Positions 12,901-27,000 of a stretch of DNA of 64,000 nucleotides are shown in pieces. A program made the translations under genes and the position numbers. The notes under the pieces were generated by a model. It ran no database searches, was not told where the DNA came from, and saw only the letters and a program-made list of their open reading frames with translations. The first letter of the stretch is position 1. The number at the start of each line of letters is the position of its first letter. The stretch covers positions 1,798,001-1,862,000 of the forward strand of contig CM120645.1 of the NCBI GenBank assembly GCA_051362555.1, in the 5' to 3' direction. Origin of the DNA: Lingula anatina. Its lineage: Eukaryota; Animalia; Brachiopoda.

Positions 12901-14569
12901 TTATACTGAGCCTGTATTTGCATTAAATATTCTATTCATACAAGTGACACAATTATATGTCGTTCACTTTATCAAGGCATTTGTAAAAGTTGTTTGTATT
13001 CTGAAGCTGTTTGGATGCACAGTACAGTCTTGTGAGTAAAGTGCATGTGTCATGTTGATAATGCAGATTTAGCATAATTAGTAAAGTTCATATGTGCCGT
13101 TTATGCAGTAATGCATGCACATTTATATATAAAAAAATATGGGACTTGAAAGTATGCACTGTTTAACACAACATGTTACCTTAGTTATAAGGAAATAATG
13201 TATTTATATGTGCCGTTAATATGTAATGTATATGCACAATTATTATTTACTATGCACAAAAATAGATCTCATTATCATTAACTGTGCTGATGTAAGGCAT
13301 ACAATACATATAACATTGTCATTTAAAGCAAGGGTTGACTAAGATGCTGTTGATAAAGTGTAATCCGTATGTATGTTAAAGTTATGTCAACAATTGTAAT
13401 TAATTCACACTTATCTTAATTATCAGTGGTTTATATATAAGCATGTTTTGAAAATATGATGGGGAGGAATGTAGTGTATTAGCCTATGGATCGTTTACGC
13501 GTCACGCCAGGTGTCGCATGACACCTGGTACCATGTGACTTGACGCGGGAATCTTGAATGTAAGAAAGCAGAACTCACAACACAAAGATGAAATCTTTTT
13601 TAGCTGCTTTAAAAAAAAAAAAAAGAATTATTGCTGCAAAGCATGCTTTAAAATTTAGAAAGTACTTTCATTATAAGATGATATTTAATTTTCTTGCTTT
13701 TTGAGTAGTCAATTTGGCTTCATTGTGCATATTGGAATTCTGTAAACAAAATATTAAAAAATTTTATTCATATTAATTTCATTTAAATTTTATACATTAT
13801 TACTGAGTTAAACTTAGCATCTAAAAATGTTCTTTTTCATGCTAAAGAATGGGGTATTAAAAAGATCACCATTTATTGCTTAAATTTGTTCTGGAAAATC
13901 AGCAAAAATAACAAAATTGAAAAGCAAAATTCATCCTTATTCTAATGATTTATACATCTTTTGTGCAAATAATATGTAAGTAACACATGCATGGTATTAA
14001 TGCTTAAAGTAAAATACTCATTTCTCACTCTTTACCATCACCATTTAGTATTTCACACTGTGGTCCAAACAAACAGTAATTTATTTGCATTATAAATGAG
14101 TAAGACACCTGCTACACATGAAGTTAACTTCCCCTAATTTCCCCTTTATTTCCCCTAATTTTTCCCCTATCAGTAGAATTTTCACAATCATTCATATTTT
14201 TCAGAAATATCTTAAAATAACAACGACAAAATAAACACAAATGACGGTTCACTTTTCAAAAGGAAAATTCTCCAAATATAAGCCATTAGATGATGAACTG
14301 CAGCTCAGAGAGACCAGTAATGGCCAGTACAATGTCTGTGGTGGACAGTGTCCACTCCTCCTGACCACTGCCAGGGCAGCTGTTATGTCCAATTTTAATG
14401 TCCACTCTGCCCATTAGTATACTGGTCAAAGAACAGGTGCTCCTGACCAGTAATTACTGTTTATGAATATTTATAGAGCAGTGAACGATATAGTGCAGTT
14501 ACTGATGACTACTAGCGTGTCAAATTGGGCCATTTTGAAATATGAGAATAAATCACTTACAAAATATAT

Positions 14570-14608
<39 letters not shown>

Positions 14609-17600
14609 GTTTTAACACACTTAAGATGTCATTAACATTTTAATATTTTCATCAAATATTTATGAAATTATATTATTTAATACTATTTACTTGGAAGCAG
14701 ACTGCCAATGTACAAAAACTTCTGTTTTTGACACTTCTACTGTTAAGTTTCTTATTTAACCTTTTTTTAAATCTAGTTTTTTTATTTGATCTTTTTTGAA
14801 TCTAAGTTTTAAGCCCATCAAATTTCAAACACAAAACTTTTATTCCACATTTCTCTCTTTTATGATCTTAATTTTCTTGCTCCCAAATTGATCATTAAAC
14901 TTGATGTAGTTTAGCTTAAATGAAATTTAATCCTTATTTTTCAAATTGCTTTTTTTCTACGGCAAGGTTTTCACGATAATTTTGATTTTGACACGATAAT
15001 TTTGATTTTGACACCATATTTAATAATTAAGTTTTAAAAAATGAATTTTCAAAATTAATTTGCATTTGTGTTAGGTAGCTAATTTGTTACCAATAGAAAA
15101 ATCGCCTTGATCAAACATATTTATACCTATTTTCAATATTAAATGAACAACAGAAGGATAACAATAATTTTCTAATTTCTTACAGCAAAATAAAGTAGAA
15201 TTTATGTAAAAAAAGATACAAAAAAGCAAGTTAAACTTGTGCAGCAATGTTCAAGTACTGAAGCTTACATTGTTGAGATAAATTAAATAAACTGTAGCAT
15301 GTATATATGATTCACTGCTACTACACTTTACACTTCTGTTCTGGAAAACACCATCCAGGCATCTGCACCTTCTGTTTCTTGGTCAAATGCACCAGGAATT
15401 TATCAAACATATCTCACCTCCAAAACCCTAAAACAACCCTGCTAATTCCAAATTTCATACCCTGATCAAACAACATTCAGTCACAAATAAACACTTACTA
15501 TTTTCACTTCAACATAAAGATAACAAAAGCAACAGGCCACAAACATTGCATAAATAATTATTCGGGTAAATAACTAGAGGATTTTATCCTAAAATAAATG
15601 GCTGTGAATATTTGAAAACTTCCAGTTACTGCCCTTGCATGTTTCTATGTTCTTCACAGTCGGTTCCTTTCTGTCCTGAACTGGGTAGCCACAGTTTCTA
15701 TTATTCTCCGTTATGCAGTTTCACATTAAATAAACTTTGATCTAGCCAACGACGGTGAGATATTACATAACGCCCTCTATTGACAGAGAACGGCCCATTC
15801 ATGCAAGGCATAGCACAGTCAGTACCTTTAAGAACTCGCAAAGAAAACTCTTTTGACTTCCAGCGTGGCGTTACGTCACCTGGAGTATCAATTATAGAGG
15901 GCCCCCTGCGTCCATTGATTGGATGGACTACTGTGAGGTATGCAGCCTCTGTTTGAGTTTGTGCACTGAACTTGGGTGCGCTAATATGGAACTATACAAG
16001 TGGAGGAATAAATAGAAAACTACTATTTAAGTGACTTTTGCCAGGGATTAAAGATATACAGGTAAGGGCTGGTAATTTCTGTTATTATTTTTTCGATTAC
16101 AATTAACTTCGACATTCAATTAATGCGCTATTTTTGATTAAATTTCTTTGGTACTTTCAGCTAAAATTTTAGCCAAAATTGTGCAACTTTCAAATGTCAA
16201 CACTCTCATTTGAAATGTAATAATATTAGCTATTTATCTGAATAGCCGGTATAACATAATTTTAGCACTATCCTAAATGAAAAAATAAATTTTATTATTG
16301 CAAAATATGTCAATTTTTACAAAAATAGAAAAAAGTTCTGTCAATAAATCCATTTTTACTCAAATCAACTTATGGAAAAAAAAAGAGTTAAGGAGAAAAA
16401 AAAATCTATGCAATTATTTCCTACAAAAGATGATTACATAAATCAGCAGACAAGATCCATCGCAGAAAAAGCTATGTATAAACCAAACAAAAATTCATTC
16501 CATCATACTGACCCAATTCATTTTCTTCACATACACTGTTCCTGTAGAATATGTGTGGACATCTAACAACAAATTCCCAAGGCAACATAAATGACATAAC
16601 ATCTAGGGAAAAATCAATACAATTCTAACAGAAGATGGTAAAAATATCCAGGAAGAAGAAAACAACCCCAAATGTTCATATTCATATGGAATTTTCCCCC
16701 TTTCCAGCACTGTTTAGTTCAATAAAATGCTTCAGGGGCAATGCTGACAATTCTTGCATTTGGAATATCGTATTCTTTTAATAGGGCTGCTATTGGTGAA
16801 CATGCATATTTTATGATGGTGTTAGCCGACAAAACGGAAAGCCAATACGGCATCTATTCATCTTTCTTATGGACAGTCTTGGTCAGCTGGAGTGACCAGT
16901 GCTTCATGGAGACAAAATAAGAAGCCCATTCTTATACTTCTGAAACAATCATCTGTGCATATAAGAAAAGTTCAGGTTAGCTGAAATTTTGCTATATGCT
17001 TGCCCAGTAAACTCTTAAAAAGACAACAGAGCCACAAAGTTTAAACTATTTTTTGCAAATGCATAAAAGTAAAATTAAAACAATATCAGTCAAAACAATA
17101 TCTTGAAAAGAAGCAAACGATATCTTACAAACTTTTAACTTTCAACTCTTAAATACATTACTTTGTAAAAAAAGATATGATAATTAGAACATTCAAGACA
17201 GAATATCCAGGCAACAAATATGCTTTCAATATTATTGTGTAATGATATAGAGAACAAAAAATTTTGCATGACGTGTTGATTTCTTTAATCAGGGGCAATT
17301 ACACAATTTCCATGCAAAGCAAGAGAGAGAGAGAGACAGAGAGACAGAGACAGAGAGTGTGAGAGAGTTTTTCCTGTAGCTTACAAGCAGATATTATTAT
17401 ATAATCCTCTCTATCACCTGATATATTACATACCTCCTTGCTTTATATTAGACAACTGTGGAAGAAATCCCACTGCCACAATTTAATGTTGAGCCAGTGT
17501 GTGTCCAAGCCTACAAACATGTACATAACCACAGAGGCTTCTAAAGATAACTATAGTCATCAAATCCCAGGGCATTATTCAATGTATAATAATAATAATA

Positions 17601-17949
17601 AGTAGCATTAGGGCCGGCTTTAGAGTTTTATGTCTATAATGGCTTGCATTACAGCATAAAAACCAATCCCCATTTGTGTATGTGTAGCTGCCAATTCTGG
17701 TTGATAACTGGTTTATTGCATTGCCATAGCATGCATATTTAAGTATGAACATTAAATGTTTTATCGATAAAAGTAGAAGAGAAAAACGTCTTACCATCAT
17801 TGGTACAACGCAACAAATGCAACCACAACGTTCCATGATTTATTAAATAAAATCGGTTTCACTTGTAATGTTAAGAAGGCAATATGGCACACACCTTATG
17901 GATTCTAATTCATGAAAACAAAAGTCATACACCTGTTTGAGTCCAATCA

Positions 17950-18004
<55 letters not shown>

Positions 18005-21000
18005 CCAGTACATGAAACCACTCATGTAAATTTAGCTATATGAAAATAGGCACCCACCACTACAGCTGTAAGTAATATGTGTAATGCTGTCAATTTGCCA
18101 TGTAACACTGTTACTATCAAGGAAGTCAATTTGCCATGTAACACTGTTACTATCAAGGAAGTCAATTTGCCATGTAACACCTTACTACAAATACAGCAGA
18201 CAACCACACTGTTCACCTAGATAAATGTTAACAGTCTCAAACTGCACATCAGATGAACTGGCTGACCACTATAAACTGAAGCAATGATCATCATTAATTC
18301 TGTAATTTGTATGCCGTTTTTCAAGAAGTGACCAAGCACATTCCGTGCACCATTTAACTATATCTAAAAAAAAAAAAAAGGTTTAGCAAATGCTCAGACA
18401 GATGATAACGTGGTAATACTCCACAACTGTAGATTTGTTGACCAATCTATTATGCTGAAAAGTGGTTTACGTAATGTGATCATTTCCCTCTGTAATATTC
18501 AGGAGGCGATTTGGACCACTCTCATGAGGGCGTTGCGCAACTGGTACTGGCAACTTCACTGCGATGTGTTTACACTATGATTGTAAATACATTATAAGCT
18601 GTGACCAGTCATTTGCAGAAACACTTCTGTCTTCTGTTGATTTTTCTGTCAAAGGTAGGTGATAATTGGATTGTCTCAATGCTGCAATGTATTACATTGA
18701 GTCCACACTGAAGCCAGACTGCTTCAAAGGCTCTATTGTTAATATATTTTTTATTTCTATTTCTCTTTTTTTTGTCATTTTATTTTTCTTCAAATTCACA
18801 CGACTTTAGACAAAACTTGTTTTGTTATATTCATCATAATTCACCTGACAGAAAAAAATCTTTGGCCACTTTTTGAACAAGTATATGACATGTTAGCACA
18901 AGACCGAGGGTTATAGGTAATAGGTAATACATGAGGTTCTTAGGCTTAAATTTACAGAACTAGAATAAAATTATTTTCTCAGTTTTAAAATCATGTGTAG
19001 ATAAAGGCAAAAATGGAGTCAGCCCAGAAAATGTAAGTTGGGACCAAATATATTATCTACAAAAATATACAGATGACAAATCTCACAATCATTATAGGAG
19101 GGTGTATAATAGCTGCTGAGGGTATATTGTGTAATGAAACTGCACTGCATAATACTGCACAAAAGGCAATCCCAAAAATTCCCCGGTTTCGTTTTTTCGG
19201 ATTTATGTTAAGTTGCTCAAAGATAACCCAAGGATACATAATGACAGTTAAACGGTTTATTTGTTGACACTTACTAACTACATGTTGTGAAATGAAAAAT
19301 AGGTAACTGTTAATATAATTTCGTAAGACTTGACTCACAACTGCCTTATAGTATGTAATTTAGGTAGAAGTGGTCCATGAGCAGAAATATCTTATCCTCA
19401 AAGTTACTGTGTAGGGAGCGGAGAGTATAGTCAATGAATCAATACAAAAGAGAGCTGACTGTGAATATTAATGAGGCGCTGATTATAATTAATCTCTTTA
19501 GAAAATCTAATTTAAGAATGATTAAGATTGATCTGAAGGTAGGCGTGAATGCTAGGATATTTGACTGTTTATTTTGTCTGTGTATCTAAAATTTGCATAT
19601 TTGTTGCCTAAAATTTATCCCACATGAAAAGAGGTTTCATATTTTCAATCACTGCTTGTTATTCAAATTTCTAAATTTAAAGAAGTCCCAGTTTTATAAT
19701 TTTAAACAATAAAGTAATATGAATTTCTTGTTTGTGAAAAATATAAATATCTAACTGCGCTAAATATTTTAGATCAGTGTAATTCTAGGATATAAAAAAA
19801 TTCAAAAACCTTTTATAATTGACTATTTATCATTCAGTGCTATTTTCATATTTGAAAATTATTGATTGTCCACAACTTTCAGTTTCAATCATGCATATTT
19901 TATATTAAGATACTTCACTTATATAAAAACATTACACGACAAAAAAGACTAATTTTTTTATATCAGAAGCCTTTTTAAAGAATCTATTTGACTTTAATCA
20001 AGTAAGAAACCATTTATAAAGGTAAAAACATTTTCATACCATCTTAAATAATTCAATTTAGCAGAAATTAATACAATTCATATTAATAAAATCTATAAAT
20101 TTCATCACCTAAAGAGAAAAAAAAGAAACAAAAAGAAAAACCAATTAACAGAAATATTTTAAAAGATAAGTTTCATAAATGGAAATTCAACTTACTTGAG
20201 AAAATAAATCTATTTATGATTTTGAATAAATTTAGGTTATGGGATTGTATTAAATTTATCTTTAATATAAAAAGAATAAAAAAGTTTTGAATTGTTCATA
20301 AAGAAAATAAATTTGTTTTAACAATGTTACTTATGATAATACAAAGTTTCAAAATTAAGTCCTCCATATGTTTGTTACATTTGTAAAAAAATTACTTTTT
20401 GAAAAATCAAGTTCTTTAGTTGAAGTTAAAAAAAAAAAAACTTTCAAAAATGAAGTTACATAAATTTTCCTGAAGTAAAATACCTTAGCTTTGTCACTGA
20501 AAATTCCTCCTAACAACTTCTTCAATCTGAGCACAGAAATTCAAATACCAAAGTGAGTGCTCCCCAAATAGTATGGAGCCTGATAAATGGGGCCCCAAAC
20601 ACTGGTTGTTGTACTGCAAATATACCATTCAGATTCAGGAAGTAATATGAAACAGCAGCACAACCTTATCCCAGGGTTACATCATAAACTGGGCAGAACA
20701 GACCTGTTGTACTGAGGGCTAGGTCAACAACATGGTGGGCAGCGCACAGTGCAAGATTATATTGATACTCCTAACCTTCTCCGTTTTCATATGAATGGCT
20801 GTGTTTTATCTCATCCATGAATGAAAAATGGAGTTTTATGATTTATGGATTATTTTTCTTCCCACAAAAATAAGACATTTAGCTTTTTCTTTTAAAGCTG
20901 TGTTTTGTTTTTAATGTTAGGAAGTGATGATAATCATGAGTGCATATTTTTATGGGTATTTCTGTAGAATTTTTGTGGTTTTTCAGGTAAAAATTATTCA

Positions 21001-24000
21001 GTTTAATTTAAATTATTCTTATTAATTTCTCATAAAGTTACCTTTTATATAACAAAACATTTTTTCACTTCATTGCATATTTTAGCTTTGATAAAAACAA
21101 ATTTCTTGTAAAATATAAATTAATATTTAAAAAAAAATATATATTTCCCCATACTTAAAATACTAGGATAAAAATTAAGAAGCACCTGCTAAACACAATA
21201 AAAATTAAATTCTTGAGAAATTTATACCCACATAAAATTTTTAATAATTTCAATTAAAAACCATGAACATTATGGTAATTTTTTAAATTCCATAAAGACT
21301 TCCAAATTAATATCACTCCTTTGTCTTCATAATGGCAGCAATGAACACTTGCTGAATAACTCCACAAACTTGCGACACACCTGCCTTGTGGGCAACCATG
21401 TTAAGTGTATGTTACTTAACTAAATTACTACTCTCAATTCTCAACTCCTTCAAGATCTTTCACAGAGCCACCCTGATAAATACAAATCCCAAGAGTTATT
21501 TTACAATGGAAGACAAAATGCATTTTTTTTTATTATTTTGGAATATAAAATAAATTCAGTTATTAGTTCTTACATGTGGTACAGTTTATCTCTGAGACTT
21601 TCAATTAACTGTAAAATATGTAGATGTGCAGAATTATAACATCCTCTGTAAGTAGCAATAATAGTTATATGAGCAAAACTTTTCATTCTTGAGCAATATT
21701 ACAGTAAGATTGGTACTGTAAATAATTACTCCACATATGAAATATAGAGAAATAAATTGGACAAAAACTAGGAGAGAAAAAATAGGCAAATCTGTTTTCT
21801 GATTTCATTTGACTTCAATACAATCTACAAAATTATAGCAATCTATAACAAATTATTTAAAAATGTTTATCAGTATTCCACGGGGTGTGTAGAGAGAAAC
21901 TATGGACAGAAATTACTCTTCCTAATGTTGGTAATTACCAGGGTAGAACTCCCAGAAGTCCACCATCTCCTACATACATACAAAATCCTTGGGGTCAGAT
22001 AAAAGAGCTAAAGACAGAAATCTGTTTTCTGATTTTCATGGTAATTTGCCTCACCTGTTCGCACCTCACAAGCTACATAACAGTGATATTTAGGTGGTTT
22101 TAATTAACCAGCAGAGATTGTGAGCACCAGCACCAGTGTGTGGCCATCTTGTTTCCATGAACTCTATATAACACTGACTAATAAGCTCACAACTAACTAT
22201 GCCTCCACTGGGTTGACGCCATCAAGGAAAAAATATACCATAGGATAAAAAAAAAAAAAAAAACATTTTATTTGGGCTTATAAAAAAATGAGAGAAAATT
22301 ATTATGCTAATTTATCTGTGATTTTATTTTTGAAAAATATTATATTTCTTTTAAAAAGGTTTTGATATGTGAAGACTAAATAGAAATGTGAGACTGTCAG
22401 TTCAGGGAATACTAGGACACTGCAGAAGTTTGCTAAGGGGAGAAAAATCTTGACTAATATGAAAACATATCATGACAAAAATGCATAAGGCTCAACTTGA
22501 GGGGGGGGGGGAAACATTTTAAAGTCATGAAAAAAGAACAAGTTACAGAAGAAGGAGGAATAATTTTATAGATTTTTAATTTTTCAAAGTATCAACCCTT
22601 TGACTAAAGTTCAAAATATCCATGTATTTTGGTAGTGTGGGTTAATAATTTATTTAGATTTTTTTTCCTGGGAAAAGGAGCAAAATTCTAATTTCAGAGC
22701 TACTTTCATAAATATATTCAGATATAAACCAGAAATGAAAGCTTCTCTTGGTAAACATTATATACAATTAATGCTTAATTCAATTTACTAAAAAAGATGA
22801 AATCTTGAAATCTGATGATGGGAATTTGATGAAAATATTTTCAGTGCACAACATTAATTTGACAGATACAGTTTCCAAATCAAAAAGTAAATATTCAAGT
22901 ATATCATATTGAGCTTAAACATTGCTTACAGCAAAAAATTCAGAAAAATAAATTATGTTTGAACTAAAAATTTAAAGGAACTTTTACTTGAAGAGTACTA
23001 CAAAATAATAAAAAAACCTCAAAATCATATATATTGCCAAGTCTTAAAAAATTTGTAATTATTTCTGTAAATTTCAGACAAGTATTTCATATTTAAAGAG
23101 GCAAAAACATCTCACCCATATATTATTTTACATTTAAAACAAATTCTATTTCATGTATCAATATTTTCTTTTAATCTAAATAATAATGTCATCAACCATG
23201 CAGAATTTTGATTCAAACACATTTTGATTCTGAGAATAAAAATTAATTAAATACATGAAGGACTCACAAAAATAATCCATCACCTGATTTCCTAAAGAGT
23301 TACAATTCGCATTCTCAAAATACAAGTAACTCAAATTAAAACTTTTCCATTTACAAAACTTAACTTCAGTCCTCAGCACCTGTTACTGTTGTAACTGTTG
23401 TTCAATTTTTTTAAATATTTTATATTCATCAAATATATTTTGTTTGTGATATCACTTTGCAACATGTCAGGTCAGTTAAGAGCGTGCATGATTTCTTCAC
23501 ACCTCAAGCAGAAAAAATAGGGGAGGGGGAGAGTGCTAATTTGTCTCCCAAATTGCTGACTATATAGCATGTTTAAAAACACTTAAAAAGAACTTTTAAA
23601 AAGATCCTAAAAGTGTTTATATACATGTACATGCATGATTTTCATCATTAATTGATATTTCGCTCAGTTCATTAAATGCTGAATTTGTCCTTTTTTCTTG
23701 TTTTTTTAGTCTATGGAATTAGATTTAGTCAATTTTTTATTGAACACATGTGCGTATCATTTTTGCAATGGAACTCTGTCCTTTTGTTATTTGTTGATTT
23801 TGTGAAGTAAAAAGTTTTGGGAATGAAACCTTGAAACAAAGAGATCGAGTCCAAGGCAAGTCAAAATTGAGTAGAATAAACTATGTGTAAATGTGTGGAG
23901 TTGCCAGTGTAATTATATTGTACTTAAGTAAAGGCTGGATGCATCTAGCCCAATAGACAGCCTAATCACTGATGATTTATGTTGCTTAGTTGGGATGTCA

Positions 24001-27000
24001 AATTACACTCAAATTACAGGGCACGCCATGAAATTTGAACCCAGCACAGCAGGCCGGGAGATAGGGGAAGATTCAGGGGCTTGTTTTCTTGTGGATTTTT
24101 AGTCTTTTTTCTTTGGTGTGTTTTCTCAAATGTGCCTAAAAAGGAATTATATTGATTAAATAAATGCTTATGGTAAATAGTTGACCATTTCCCACTTTTT
24201 TATTTTGAAGAATTATGTTTAATTTAGCTAACTGTTTTAAAGCTGTTGCCTTAGTCAAAAATAGGTAGAGAAAAATTAATATTTAGAAATAATAAATACC
24301 TACAGAGTTATAATTGTAGAAAAATATTAAAAAAAAAAAAAAAAAAAAAAAACTCAGCTACATGGAAATGTAATCCTTTCAGTATATAGCACAATATCAG
24401 TATAATTATCTGTAAAATTTGAAAAACAGGTATAAACATCTAAGAAATATGTATAGCCACAAAATTTTCCCAGACAGCCAAGTCCTAGAGTATTGTGACT
24501 TGAACCTGCCTTATTATTTCATGATTTGACGTGATGGATAGTCCATAGCTAGCATACACGCAGAATTTCAGAAGAGGAGTTTTCTTCAAATTACCAGGTC
24601 ACACACGTTCCTCTAAATTGGTCAACATTTTTGCTGCATGTACATTAAGGACAAAAGTCTCATGTGGCAAACAAGAAACTGAAAAATCATGATAGAAAAA
24701 TTATTTAAATATAGTCATCATCCTCATTTAAATGCTTTTTTAGTTCAGTTAAAATATGTATTTTAAGTCAAATTGAAAATTCCTATCAAATGGCACAGGT
24801 TTTACCAAAATAAATATTTTCCACTTTGAATTAGGTAAAATAAATCATAGTCTGGCATGCCCCATATGTGCAAATTTACATAAGCCAAAAATTACAAATC
24901 ACTCAAGATTTTCAAAAACAATTTCCTATACTTTTTTTACTTACAGCATGTGCAAAAGAAAAAAAAAAGATGTGAATATGAATTTCTGTCCTCTCTCCTC
25001 TCCCCAAGAACTGATGCTTGGCAGATAAATGATGTAACATTTCCCAGCATGCCTCAGGGCCCCATTCTCCTTAGCCTTCAATATGATTAAAATATTACAT
25101 AATCTTCTGTAACAGCCAGCTTCAGCATCTAACAATCTGAAGGTAATAGCTGACACTGGGTCAGCGGGCCAGTCCAAGTGAGAGGGGAGGGAGGCTAATG
25201 GAAGAGCCATTAAAAAAATCAGGTCATGGCGAAGGGTTACGTAATACTTGGCATCTACTGACCAGCATGTTTACTACAGACTGTGCCACAGTCAAGCAGC
25301 ACTGGTAAGACATCTGGGCTTGAAAATTAGCAAAATAGTTCAAATACTGGACCTTACTGACCACTGACACCACCCCTACTGGTCAGGCATCTCTCCCCAG
25401 CTAATGGTCAGTAAGATCTTGACCTGTGCTGTTACTGTGGCCAGGTGAAATGAAATGGCGGGGCTAAAGTGGACAAGATTGCAGAGCAAGGAATTCACAC
25501 ATCTATAACAAGATTAGGTAAGTTGATCACAGATAGGAAGAAGAACAATAGAGTAATAGCCAAGGTACTGTCCATTACTGGTCAGTGGAAGCCAACCACC
25601 GCTGGTGGGAGTAGAAATGACCAAAATGGCAGACTAGGAAGATGGTGGAAATTTAATTTAGATCTAGGGCTGAGCCAACGTAAGCTGGCAGTGGTAGGAA
25701 TTCCAAGCCTTGTACACAGTTCAGTATTAGTCTTCATCCACACTTATATTAGCATACTGCATTTCCATATAGTTCTTGTGGATCTATATAATAAACAGTC
25801 TTATGCAATATAGCATTATGAATATTGTATCTGGGTAGTAGTATAAAAGCTGTTATCTGATGACATGGAATCCCAGGAGTGATGGAAATGTCACAGGGAG
25901 CCAATTTGACCTAAATTATGTCTGGGTAGTCAACAGCAGGCCTGGGTGGAGGGGAAAATTGGGCCCATTACGAAGATCAATGTATACCTATGTGTGAATT
26001 CTTCTGCTACATTTTAACTGTGCCACTGAAATTGAAAGACTGATATAGAGCTTTTTCCAGATTGTTACATATTTCATTGGTTCTGGGAAAGTTGTGATGC
26101 TTGACAAAAATTGGTTTAAATTGTAACTCTGCTCAGTCATAAATACTTCTCTTCTGATTGTTGTCAATTTTTTAAAACAAAACCGGATATTTTACCTAAG
26201 TTACTCATTTTTATCAGTTAAAGCACGGAGTAGTTAAAATTGTTTTGGAAGTAATGTCTCAGGTTATAAAATTTGTTTTAATTTTAGATGGATCATGTAC
26301 AAAATAGTGGCCTTTTTTCTAAGTATTTGATGACAATTTTTTTTAAATGTGCAGAAACAAAAATCCTCATTAAATTGATAGCTTAATTTTGGGAAATTAA
26401 AAACCCTTCTAACAAATACAGAATAGAGGAAATAGTAAAAAGGAAGTAAACAAATGAAGTACCACAATATAATAAATCACTTCTCAAAAACAGGAAAAAC
26501 TTGATCTGTGGCCGTCCAAAATCTGACAAATATATACCGTGGAACAACAAGGTTAAAACAATAAGTAATCTCTTTGTTAACCATTGAATATAACATTTTT
26601 AAGCACTTAATTGTATATTTATTGATAAAATTAATATTTTTTCATATCTCAAAAATGAAATTTGAATGCAAAAGTTAACAAAAGAAAAATTTCCCAATGT
26701 AAATTCCGATGACAAAAATTTCATTAAATTACAAAGTCAAAATTTGCCTTTATGCACTGGCAAAAAGGTCAACCACCACTGCAGCCCAGACAAACACACC
26801 CAGTCTAGAAGTTGATGCAATCTTAGGCAAGAGAAACCCAAGCAAAAGTTGAACAACATTGGTCTGGATTGAGCAAGGTTAGAACACAGTCGTGTCTGAT
26901 CGGGGCTCAGTGGAGTGGTCATTGCATCAGAGTCCTGCGTAACCCTTCATAATGAAAACACAGTGTGCTTAGGACACCTCTCCCCTCCACTCTAAGGACC

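Larger units (their letters stand above)
7179..13582 (+). mobile_element. Full-length Ty3/Gypsy LTR retrotransposon (6404 bp) in a MON2 intron
   Basis: Identical TG...CA LTRs; 4-bp TSD CAAA at 7175-7178 and 13583-13586; PBS and PPT; intact gag and pol with PR-RT-RH-IN order. Confidence 0.97.

Noticed and set aside
12734-13460. env gene
   Set aside because: No ORF of meaningful length
6840-15348. Repeated ACTTCTGTTCTGGAAAA (about 6840 and 15332, partial at 13887) as heat-shock elements
   Set aside because: Only two nGAAn units each, not the three of a canonical HSE; could be chance or a small repeat
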